From NCBI GenBank assembly GCA_045644385.1, contig JAZRGU010000007.1, forward strand, positions 1,618-65,617: a stretch of 64,000 bases of DNA, in the 5' to 3' direction. Below the pieces are notes generated by a model. The model worked only from the letters and a program-made list of their open reading frames with translations. It was not told where the DNA came from and ran no database searches. Position numbers and translations under genes: made by a program. Shown here piece after piece: positions 36,794 through 45,659 of this stretch (the first letter of the stretch is position 1; every line of letters starts with the position of its first letter). The DNA is from Christensenellaceae bacterium (GTDB taxonomy: Bacteria > Bacillota > Clostridia > Christensenellales > Borkfalkiaceae).

Positions 36794-37432
36794 TTACGAG
36801 GTTTTACACGCCGAAAACACTATTCCCGATAAATACGTTTCAGGAACGCTTCCTATAATTATATTATCGTAAATCATAACCTTAATTTTATCTTCAATGT
36901 TTTTTGTTATTACCTTTGTTATTATGGAAACGCTACTTGTAATATCTACGTACAAAGTGTGCCTAGTTTGATTAATTCCAGCGCTTTCAAAAGAAGAAAC
37001 TACGTCGCACCTAACCGAGTTTATTGCAATTAACGGCATTTTAACTTTACTTCCCACGCCTTGCAAAATTCCAATGCCCGTAAAAACCCCAATGGGAACG
37101 TCTACACCACTGTTATTATATGCAGTTAAACACTCACTTACCTTATTTGCAAGCGACACCGTTAGATTGTTAAATTTATAACTGTCGGCGGTTATCATAG
37201 TTATTTCGCCTTGCTCGTCTTTATGAATTTTAAAAAAGTTTTCGTAATCGTATTTATCTTTAAACGATTGTTCTATTGCATAATACGACGCCGTTGATAG
37301 CATACCGTTATTAGACGCTTCGCCTATTTTAACCAGCATTTTATTAGAGTTAGAATAAAGTGCTATAAATATAGCAAAAAACAATACTATAAAAATTATA
37401 AACCCACGCTTTTTTCTTCTTTGCTTTTTCAT
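36794..37432 (-). CDS. yunB: Sporulation protein YunB-like
   Basis: 212 aa with an N-terminal basic/TM anchor and the motif SAGINQTRH that I associate with the YunB family. Confidence 0.55.
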   Translation of the reverse strand: MKKQRRKKRGFIIFIVLFFAIFIALYSNSNKMLVKIGEASNNGMLSTASYYAIEQSFKDKYDYENFFKIHKDEQGEITMITADSYKFNNLTVSLANKVSECLTAYNNSGVDVPIGVFTGIGILQGVGSKVKMPLIAINSVRCDVVSSFESAGINQTRHTLYVDITSSVSIITKVITKNIEDKIKVMIYDNIIIGSVPETYLSGIVFSACKTS

Positions 37433-37621
37433 ACCTATAATTTATGAAATTAACGCAAAAAAAAGACCGTTTGCACGGTCTAAACCTATTTATAAATAGA
37501 ATTTTTAACTATAATTTTAAGTTTTGCTTGCGTTATTTTTTTACAAAATTTAAGTGGAGTTAATAAATAAGTTAAGTAAAATTTTACTAGCAAAATTTTT
37601 AAGTTAAACGTACTACCTAAC

Positions 37622-38419
37622 TTACTTAGTAAAATACTTTTTTGCTTTATCTTCTAAAAAAAGTAAACTTTCTTTTAATTCTTCAATTTCGCCGTAATCG
37701 CCGTTATATACTTCTATAAGCATACTTCCGTTAAAACCAAAATCGCTTAACCTTTTAAACAAGTCGTCAAAATCAAAAATTCCTTTACCTGGCAAGCAAA
37801 TTTTTCCGTTATTATTTACGTCCGACAAATGAACGGTGTTTATATTTTCGCCCATTTCGTTTATATAATCTACGTAACTGTCGCCCGAAACCCTTGCTTG
37901 CTTAACGTCTAAACAAGTTTTTAACCCTTTACAATACTTTGATATTTGAGTGTAAAATCCAACGCGATTATAATACGCCCACTCTACGTTTTCTAAACAT
38001 AAAAAAACGTTTTTTTGTAAACAAAAATCGTTTAACTTGTTAAATTTTTTGCCTATATCTTCGTAATTATTGTATAAAATATTCTTTTTAAAACGAGCAA
38101 TTCCGTGGAGAGTGTAGTTTTTTGCCCCAAGCAAATTAGCCGTATTTAAACAGTTTTCTAAAATTTTGTACGCGTCGTTTACGGCGCGAGGATTATCGCC
38201 GAAAAGTTGAGGCTCAAAGTGAGTGTTTAAAGTATGAATAGAGTGTACTTTTAAGTTACCTTGGCGCGACTTTAAAAGATTTGCAAACTCACTTGTATAT
38301 TCACAATAAGAACCCAAAAACACTTCAACGACGCGTGCGCCTAAATTATTAAGCGTAACTAACGCGTCTTCGTTATACTGCCTTTTAAACAAAGACGCCG
38401 TAGATATTCCTATTTCCAT
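37622..38419 (-). CDS. Sugar phosphate isomerase/epimerase (xylose isomerase-like TIM barrel)
   Basis: 265 aa with the alternating beta/alpha pattern and conserved H/E positions (HTLN, LENV, HLSD, LIEV) of the AP-endonuclease-2/TIM family. Confidence 0.6.
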   Translation of the reverse strand: MEIGISTASLFKRQYNEDALVTLNNLGARVVEVFLGSYCEYTSEFANLLKSRQGNLKVHSIHTLNTHFEPQLFGDNPRAVNDAYKILENCLNTANLLGAKNYTLHGIARFKKNILYNNYEDIGKKFNKLNDFCLQKNVFLCLENVEWAYYNRVGFYTQISKYCKGLKTCLDVKQARVSGDSYVDYINEMGENINTVHLSDVNNNGKICLPGKGIFDFDDLFKRLSDFGFNGSMLIEVYNGDYGEIEELKESLLFLEDKAKKYFTK

Positions 38420-38421
38420 AA

Positions 38422-40890
38422 TTAATCCTTTTTGTATAAAACGCTACCGTTTTGCGAATATAAAGTAACGGTATCGCCTTCTTTAATTTTACCTTCTATA
38501 ATCGCGTCGGAAAGCAAATCTTCAATATGTTTAGAAACGGCGCGTTTAAGCGGTCTAGCCCCGTAAGTTTTATCGTAGCCCTCGCTTACAACAACGTCTA
38601 AAACGGCATCTTCTACGTTTAAATTAACGTGCATTTCTTTAACTCTTTGAACTATTTCGCCCACTAAAATTCTAGCAATTTTATAAAAATTTTCTTTTGA
38701 TAGCCTATTAAACACTATAATTTCGTCTAATCTGTTAATAAATTCGGGCTTAAAACGCTTTTTAAGACTTTCTATTGCAGTGTTTTTATCATTTTTAATT
38801 TCATTTGTAAAACCAAATGAAACAACTTGACTTTCGTCGCTAGAAAACCCTACGTTAGAAGTTAAAATTATTAACGCGTTTTTAAAACTTGCTTCTTTAC
38901 CTTTACTGTCGGTTAGCCTACCTTCGTCAAGCACTTGAAGTAAAAGGTCAAAAATATCGGGGTGCGCCTTTTCTATTTCGTCAAACAAAACTACCGAGTA
39001 CGGATTTTTGCGTATTTTTTCGGTAAGCAAGCCTTCTTCTTCATACCCAACGTAACCTTGCGCAACGCCTATTAACTTATTTATAGAAGTTTTATCGGAA
39101 TACTCACTCATATCAAAGCGAATAACGTTTTGTTCAGAGCCAAAAACACATTTTCCTAACGCTTTTGTAAGATGAGATTTACCAACGCCCGTTGGACCAA
39201 CGAAAATAAACGAGCCCATAGGCCTACAAGGGTCTTTTAAATTAGCGCGCGAACGGCGAACAGCGCGAGATACCGCGTTAACGGCGTCCTCTTGCCCAAC
39301 CACCATTTTTTTAAGTTCTTCTTCTAACCCTAAAAGTTTAGAAGTTTCGTTAAGCGATAATTTGGTTACCGGAATTTTTAAACTTTCGCTTATAACCTTT
39401 TTAATATCTTCCGTTGTAACCACAAGCGGTTTTAAACTTTGCTCGTTTTTTATAGACAACAGTTTTTGATACTCTTGCTTTTTATTATAAATTTCTTTAT
39501 CGGCGTTTCTAGCGACGTCTAAATCGTTGCGTTTAAGCGCGTTATCACGCTTTAAAATTAAAGAATTTATATACAATTTTAACTCTTCTATACTACCGTT
39601 ATCACCTTTTTTTAAAAGGTGCTTTTCGCTACACGCTTCGTCTAGTAAATCTATTGCTTTATCTGGAAGTTTTCTATCTATAATGTACCTGCTAGAAAGT
39701 TTGCATGCGCTTATTACGGCTTCGTCTAGAATAGTAACGCAGTGATGTTTTTCAAATAAATTTTTAATTCCGCGGATAATTTCAATCGCCTCGTCTACTG
39801 ACGGCTCTTCAACTTTTATCGGTTGAAAACGCCTTTCAAGAGCAGGGTCTTTTTCTATATATTTAGCGTACTCGTTAGGAGTAGTTGCTCCAATAACCAT
39901 AATTTCACCGCGTGATAAAAGCGGTTTTAAAATTTCTACGGCGTCAACTTTACTATCTTGCGTACTGCCAGCGCCTACTAAATTATGTATTTCGTCTATA
40001 AAAAATATTATATTGCCTTCGTTTACGGCGTAATCTACGGCGTTTTTAAGTTTTAACTCAAAATCTCCACGATATCTAGTACCTGCTAAAAGACCGCCTA
40101 CGTCTAGGCTAAAAATAGTTTTACCCTTTAAAAAATCGGGCACTATTCCCTTTGCAATTTTTAAAGCAAGCCCTTCTACAACCGCGCTTTTACCAACGCC
40201 AGCCTCGCCTACTAGCACTGGTGCGTTTTTAGTTTTTCTTGAAAGAGTTACTATAATTTTTTGAGTTTCTTGCTCGCGCCCTATAATATCGTCAATTTTG
40301 CCTTGTTTTGCCTTTAAGGTAAGGTCGTAACCAAGCCCGTCAAAAGCAGAAGAAAGCGACGTTTCTTGCTTTTTTAACTCTTCTTTTGGTTTTACTAACG
40401 TTGGAGTTTTAACGGAAACTTCGCGCTTTTCTTCTTTTATAGGAGCAGTAACTTCTTTTTCTACTACTTTTTTCTTTTTTACGTTTACGCTTTTTAAAAC
40501 TTCGGAATATAAAGACGCTATATCCACTCCAAGAGCTTGCAATATTTTATACGCCCTACAATTTTCGCACTTTAAAATAGCAAGTAGTAAATGTGCCGTT
40601 TTTACGTAATCGTTATACTCTTTTGCTATTTCGGAAGCGTCTTTTAAAACGTTTTTAGCGTTTACAGTGTAACCGCTTGTCGCTTGATTTCTAAACGTGG
40701 TTTTTAAATATGCAAAATACCTTTCATAAGTCGCCCCATGCAAAAGCAACGCTTTCGTAGCGTCGCATTTAGGCGTCAACAAAAAAGCGTATAATATTTC
40801 TTCCGTACCAACGTAATTTAAATTGTATTTTGCTTTAATTTCGTTTGCCGTGTTTAAAACTATGTACAAACCTTCACTGTAATTAGCCAT
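38422..40890 (-). CDS. clpC: ATP-dependent Clp protease ATP-binding subunit (ClpC-like)
   Basis: 822 aa with a double Clp_N repeat and two AAA+ modules (GEAGVGKSAVVEGLA and GPTGVGKSHLTKAL). A SFGF tripeptide-type loop is present. A Lys-rich insert follows the N-domain. Confidence 0.85.
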   Translation of the reverse strand: MANYSEGLYIVLNTANEIKAKYNLNYVGTEEILYAFLLTPKCDATKALLLHGATYERYFAYLKTTFRNQATSGYTVNAKNVLKDASEIAKEYNDYVKTAHLLLAILKCENCRAYKILQALGVDIASLYSEVLKSVNVKKKKVVEKEVTAPIKEEKREVSVKTPTLVKPKEELKKQETSLSSAFDGLGYDLTLKAKQGKIDDIIGREQETQKIIVTLSRKTKNAPVLVGEAGVGKSAVVEGLALKIAKGIVPDFLKGKTIFSLDVGGLLAGTRYRGDFELKLKNAVDYAVNEGNIIFFIDEIHNLVGAGSTQDSKVDAVEILKPLLSRGEIMVIGATTPNEYAKYIEKDPALERRFQPIKVEEPSVDEAIEIIRGIKNLFEKHHCVTILDEAVISACKLSSRYIIDRKLPDKAIDLLDEACSEKHLLKKGDNGSIEELKLYINSLILKRDNALKRNDLDVARNADKEIYNKKQEYQKLLSIKNEQSLKPLVVTTEDIKKVISESLKIPVTKLSLNETSKLLGLEEELKKMVVGQEDAVNAVSRAVRRSRANLKDPCRPMGSFIFVGPTGVGKSHLTKALGKCVFGSEQNVIRFDMSEYSDKTSINKLIGVAQGYVGYEEEGLLTEKIRKNPYSVVLFDEIEKAHPDIFDLLLQVLDEGRLTDSKGKEASFKNALIILTSNVGFSSDESQVVSFGFTNEIKNDKNTAIESLKKRFKPEFINRLDEIIVFNRLSKENFYKIARILVGEIVQRVKEMHVNLNVEDAVLDVVVSEGYDKTYGARPLKRAVSKHIEDLLSDAIIEGKIKEGDTVTLYSQNGSVLYKKD

Positions 40891-40899
40891 TTACACCTT

Positions 40900-41775
40900 T
40901 TAAAATTCTTTTAAAATTTCTTTTAAATATTCTTTGAATTGGTCCTTTAACTCGCCGTCACGTAAACCAAATTCAACGTTAGCCTTTAAATAACCAAGCC
41001 TACTGCCCATATCGTAACGAGTACCGTCAAAATTAAGCGCTTGAACTTGATTGTTAGAAGCCAAAACGTCTAAAACGTCTGTAAATTGATATTCGCCGTT
41101 TTCGGCTGGCGTTAACGTTCTTATAATGTCAAATATGTCGGACGTAACTACGTATCTTCCAAGCGGAGCAAGCCTACTTTTAACGTCCTCTAATTTTGGT
41201 TTTTCAACTATTTTAGTTACGTTATATAAATTTCCGTCTATACTACTGTATTCAACGGAAGCGTAATTAGGAACGTCTTTTAAAGGAACTTCTTTGCAAC
41301 CTATAATATTTTTGCCGGTTTTTTCAAAAGCGTCAACTAATTGTTTTGTTACGGGATAATCTTTGTTATACATAACGTCGTCACCCCATAAAACCGCAAA
41401 AGGCTCGCCACAAGCAAACTCTTCCGCCCTTGCAAGCGCACCCGCCGTGCCGTTTAACTCCTCTTGCTTAACAAAAGATATATTTGCCATAGTTTCGGGG
41501 TATTTTATTTGCTCGTAAAAATTCATTTTGCCTTTTTGTAAAAGCATATCGTCTAATTCCTTAACGGCAAAAAAATGCTCTTTTATAACGTCTTCACGAT
41601 ATCCCACTACGAATAAAATATCCTTTATTCCGCTTTTAACAACTTCTTCCGCTATAATTTGAATAGCGGGTTTATTAAGTATTGGTAACATTGCTTTTGG
41701 AACTGCTTTGGTATAAGGCATAAACCTAGTGCCGTAACCTGCAACGGGAATTACGGCTTTTGTAACTTTTTTCAT
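40900..41775 (-). CDS. galU: UTP--glucose-1-phosphate uridylyltransferase
   Basis: 291 aa starting KAVIPVAGYGTRFMPYTKAVPKAMLPI. Confidence 0.9.
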   Translation of the reverse strand: MKKVTKAVIPVAGYGTRFMPYTKAVPKAMLPILNKPAIQIIAEEVVKSGIKDILFVVGYREDVIKEHFFAVKELDDMLLQKGKMNFYEQIKYPETMANISFVKQEELNGTAGALARAEEFACGEPFAVLWGDDVMYNKDYPVTKQLVDAFEKTGKNIIGCKEVPLKDVPNYASVEYSSIDGNLYNVTKIVEKPKLEDVKSRLAPLGRYVVTSDIFDIIRTLTPAENGEYQFTDVLDVLASNNQVQALNFDGTRYDMGSRLGYLKANVEFGLRDGELKDQFKEYLKEILKEF

Positions 41776-41805
41776 AAAAACCTCTTATAATAAACTACTG
41801 TTATT

Positions 41806-41835
41806 AAAAATCGGGTAGACTTTCCACCCGATTAA
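41806..41835 (-). terminator. Intrinsic terminator after upp
   Basis: On the minus strand AUCGGGUGgaaagucuACCCGAU is followed by UUUUUAAUAA. Confidence 0.6.
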
Positions 41836-41840
41836 CTTTT

Positions 41841-42479
<639 letters not shown>

Positions 42480-42499
42480 TTAATTGTAAATAAACTATT

Positions 42500-42570
42500 T
42501 TATTTAAAAAAATCGTTTTCTATTTGCGATATTTTATTTAAAAAATTCGCTTTCAATTTGCGATATTTTA
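42500..42570 (-). repeat. 34-bp-period tandem duplication (2 copies, 34/37 identical) straddling the rpiB stop codon
   Basis: Copy B (42534-42570) encodes the last 11 codons of rpiB plus the stop. Copy A (42500-42536) is the rpiB-upp spacer and also ends in TAA. Confidence 0.85.
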
Positions 42571-42983
42571 TTAACTCTAACTTCGTGCCTGTTTCCGTCA
42601 AAATTAGTGTTTAAAAATATATCTACAAACTTAACAACGTCTTCTTTCTTACTAATTCTAGCGCCCATAGCAATAACGTTTGAATTATTGTGGCGTCTAG
42701 TCATTTCAGCCGAAAACTCGTCGGTAACGTGCGCGCAACGTATGCCTTTAAACTTATTTGCAACGATGCTCATACCAATACCCGTTCCGCAAATTAATAC
42801 GCCGTAATCACACTCTTTTTTTACAACGGCTTGACATACGGGAGTTGCGTAATCTGGATAATCGCAAGATTCGTTTGAAAACGTTCCAAAATCAACTACG
42901 GTATGCCCGTGAGTTTCTAAATAATAAATTACGGCGTCTTTATAATCAATACCGCCGTGGTCACATCCAAAAGCAATTTTCAT
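42534..42983 (-). CDS. rpiB: Ribose 5-phosphate isomerase B
   Basis: 149 aa with MKIAFGCDHGG and CGTGIGMSIVANK. Confidence 0.9.
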   Translation of the reverse strand: MKIAFGCDHGGIDYKDAVIYYLETHGHTVVDFGTFSNESCDYPDYATPVCQAVVKKECDYGVLICGTGIGMSIVANKFKGIRCAHVTDEFSAEMTRRHNNSNVIAMGARISKKEDVVKFVDIFLNTNFDGNRHEVRVNKISQIESEFFK

Positions 42984-43023
42984 AATTCACCTATTTTTAA
43001 TAATTTAATATATAGTAGTATAT

Positions 43024-43052
43024 ATTTTAAAATAACTGTTTTAGTTTGTCAA
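43024..43052 (-). promoter_or_regulatory. Promoter of rpiB-upp (TTGACA-17-TAAAAT)
   Basis: The -35 is at 43047-43052 and the -10 at 43024-43029 (plus-strand coordinates). Confidence 0.5.
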
Positions 43053-43079
43053 GTATAATAAATTTTTAGGCTTGTAGTA

Positions 43080-44081
43080 TTATTCGCCACCGCACGCTTT
43101 TTTAAGCCTATTCATTACGCCAACGTCAACTTCGCTACCCGTGTTAACGGATATTGCTATTATTAAATCAGCAATTTTTTCGCCTTCTAATAACTTATAA
43201 TACAAATTTGAAGCAATTTCTTCGGCGGTATTACCTAAATTTAAAAAGTTTCCGCTTATTTTTTTTGAAATAAAATTATCGCACAAAAAATAACACCTTA
43301 AACCTTGTTTACTTTTATTATCGTAATATTTTTGCGCTTCCGCTACGTTACTACGGTCAAATAAAATCGTTTGGCATTTCGGTTTATAATGGCTGTATTT
43401 ACACCCTGGAGAACGATTTACTATTCCGTCGTTTTTATTAGCGTATTCACAACTACCTACAACGCTTTTTATCATTTCTGCCGTTATAAGACCGCTACGC
43501 AAAATAACGGGGGTACTCGTAGTAACGTCAAGCACCGTTGACTCAATTCCGCCCTGACATTTACCGCCGTCTAAAATAAGTTCAATTTTACCGTTCAAAT
43601 CGTCGTAAACGTGCTTGCTTGTTACGGGGCTAGTGTGTTTAGAAACGTTTGCAGACGGCGCGCAAATAGGCGCGTTTACGTATTTTAAAAACTCTTGCGC
43701 ACCTTTATGAGAAGGAACTCTTACGGCAAGCGTATTTAATCCGCACGAAACTACGCTACTAACTTTGTTTTTGCTTTTATACACCATAGTTAACGGACCT
43801 GGCAAAAACGCTTGCTGTAACTTTTTAACGTAATCGTGTTCAACGTAAACTAAATCGTTTAAATCAAAATCTTTATGTATATGCACTATTAAAGGATTGT
43901 CGCTAGGTCTACCTTTTGCTTCGTAAATCTTTTTAACGGCGTCGTCGTCAGTGGCAAGCGCCCCAAGTCCGTACACCGTTTCCGTAGGAAACGCAACCAA
44001 ATTGCCACTATCTATTAATTTTTTAGCATATTGTAAAGAATCTTCGTTAATTTGTAGTATTTTTGTTTGCATAAAACTCAC
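43080..44081 (-). CDS. tsaC: L-threonylcarbamoyladenylate synthase (Sua5/YwlC type)
   Basis: 333 aa with a YrdC domain (FPTETVYGLGA, SAN.S) plus a C-terminal Sua5 domain. Confidence 0.85.
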   Translation of the reverse strand: MSFMQTKILQINEDSLQYAKKLIDSGNLVAFPTETVYGLGALATDDDAVKKIYEAKGRPSDNPLIVHIHKDFDLNDLVYVEHDYVKKLQQAFLPGPLTMVYKSKNKVSSVVSCGLNTLAVRVPSHKGAQEFLKYVNAPICAPSANVSKHTSPVTSKHVYDDLNGKIELILDGGKCQGGIESTVLDVTTSTPVILRSGLITAEMIKSVVGSCEYANKNDGIVNRSPGCKYSHYKPKCQTILFDRSNVAEAQKYYDNKSKQGLRCYFLCDNFISKKISGNFLNLGNTAEEIASNLYYKLLEGEKIADLIIAISVNTGSEVDVGVMNRLKKACGGE

Positions 44082-44085
44082 TTAA

Positions 44086-45639
44086 TTAAAAAATATCGTC
44101 TGGTGGCGGAATAAACTCGTCGTCTTGCGGTGGAATAAACTCATCGTCTTGCGGTGGAATAAAATCTCCGTCGCCCAACTTTTGAAATCCACTATTTTGG
44201 TTAGGTTCAGGCGGAATTTGCAAACTACTTTCGTTAAATACGATATTAGTAAATTTAGATAATTCACCTTTAAACATAACGTTAAACGAGCCTATTGCAC
44301 CATTTCTGTTTTTAGCAATAATAATTTCCGTTTCGTCTTTTTTAATAACGTCTGGATTTTCCGTGCCGTCCAAAGACCTATCTGGTCTATGAATAAACAT
44401 AACAACGTCGGCGTCTTGCTCAATCGCACCCGACTCGCGAAGGTTAGAAAGCACGGGTTTAGAGCCTTTCTTTTCGTTTTCACGGTTAAGTTGCGAAAGC
44501 GCTATAACGGGAACGTCAAGTTCTTTTGCAATCATTTTTAACCCGCGTGATATTTCGGTTATTTCGGCTTGCCTACTATCGTTAGAATTAACGGCAGTCA
44601 TAAGTTGAATATGGTCAACTACTACTACGTCTAATCTACCTTTTAACGACTTTAATCTACGGCATTTAGATAAAATATCCGGAACGGTTACTATTGAAGT
44701 GTCGTCAATAAAAATATTAGTGCCGTCTAAAAGTTTTTGGGCGTTCCAAATTTTTTGCCAATCACGGCTTTCCATTTTACCGTCCCTAGCAATTTTTGAA
44801 CTTACGCCACTAACCGAATAAACCATACGCTCGGCAAGTTCTTGCTTAGTCATTTCAAGTGCAAATACTGCGCATACCGCGTCGTTTTTTATAGCGACGT
44901 GTTCAACTATATTCATAACGAAAGTAGTTTTACCAACGGACGGCCTTGCCGCAACTATAACCAAATTGCCTTTATGTAATCCCCTAGTCATACCGTCAAA
45001 ACCGATAAAGCCCGTTTTTAAACCTTGGTTAAAGTTTTTATCTTTTTGAATATTGTTAAACAACTCAATAACGTCGTCTATATTTTCGTTTAAGTTAGTA
45101 AGCGAAGAAGTTGAAATTTGTTCGCTAATATCGTAAATTAACTTTTCGGCGTAACTTAACGACTTTTGACTGTCCGTACTAATTTTAGCATCTTTCGTAA
45201 TAAGGTCGGCACTGCGTATTAATTTACGCAAAATGCTATCTCTTTTTACAATTTTTAAATAATATTCGTAATTTGCAGCAGACGGCGTTGCGCGTGAAAG
45301 CACGGAAAGATATTCAATACCACCCGCTTTTTCAAGAGTAGTTTTACTTTCCATATCTTCCGCTAAACTTGCAAGGTCAACTTTCTTTCTTTTGCCAGCG
45401 GGCTTTACGGAAGTTTTACTCATTTCGTCAGTTAAAGTAACGATGTCAACGGGTCTATTATCGTCTAAAACGCTACAAATACTGTCAAAAACAAGTTTGT
45501 GCGACTCCATATAAAAGTCGTCGCGCTTTAATTCGGCGCGAATTTCATATTGTAACTCTTTGTCTATTAGTATAGACCCTAAAATGCTTTGTTCTGCTTC
45601 CAAATTGTATGGAAGTGCTGAAATAACGTTATTTGCCAT
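44086..45639 (-). CDS. dnaB: Replicative DNA helicase (DnaB family) with an insertion in the N-domain and a repeat-containing acidic C-terminal tail
   Basis: 517 aa with LPYNLEAEQSILGSIL, Walker A ARPSVGKTTF and the RecA-like core. The extra tail is ...GDGDFIPPQDDEFIPPQDDEFIPPPDDIF. Confidence 0.9.
   Translation of the reverse strand: MANNVISALPYNLEAEQSILGSILIDKELQYEIRAELKRDDFYMESHKLVFDSICSVLDDNRPVDIVTLTDEMSKTSVKPAGKRKKVDLASLAEDMESKTTLEKAGGIEYLSVLSRATPSAANYEYYLKIVKRDSILRKLIRSADLITKDAKISTDSQKSLSYAEKLIYDISEQISTSSLTNLNENIDDVIELFNNIQKDKNFNQGLKTGFIGFDGMTRGLHKGNLVIVAARPSVGKTTFVMNIVEHVAIKNDAVCAVFALEMTKQELAERMVYSVSGVSSKIARDGKMESRDWQKIWNAQKLLDGTNIFIDDTSIVTVPDILSKCRRLKSLKGRLDVVVVDHIQLMTAVNSNDSRQAEITEISRGLKMIAKELDVPVIALSQLNRENEKKGSKPVLSNLRESGAIEQDADVVMFIHRPDRSLDGTENPDVIKKDETEIIIAKNRNGAIGSFNVMFKGELSKFTNIVFNESSLQIPPEPNQNSGFQKLGDGDFIPPQDDEFIPPQDDEFIPPPDDIF
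44095..44166 (-). repeat. 24-bp in-frame tandem repeat (3 copies) encoding the DDEFIPPQ units of the helicase tail
   Basis: The copies are atcgtctggtggcggaataaactc, gtcgtcttgcggtggaataaactc and atcgtcttgcggtggaataaaatc. Confidence 0.9.
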
Positions 45640-45659
45640 AATTTATCCTATAATTTTAA

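Noticed and set aside
44082-44483. 61-aa and 63-aa minus-strand ORFs overlapping the 3' end of the helicase gene
   Set aside because: They are alternative frames of the helicase coding sequence and its 24-bp repeats, with no SD. The helicase frame is continuous and homologous throughout.
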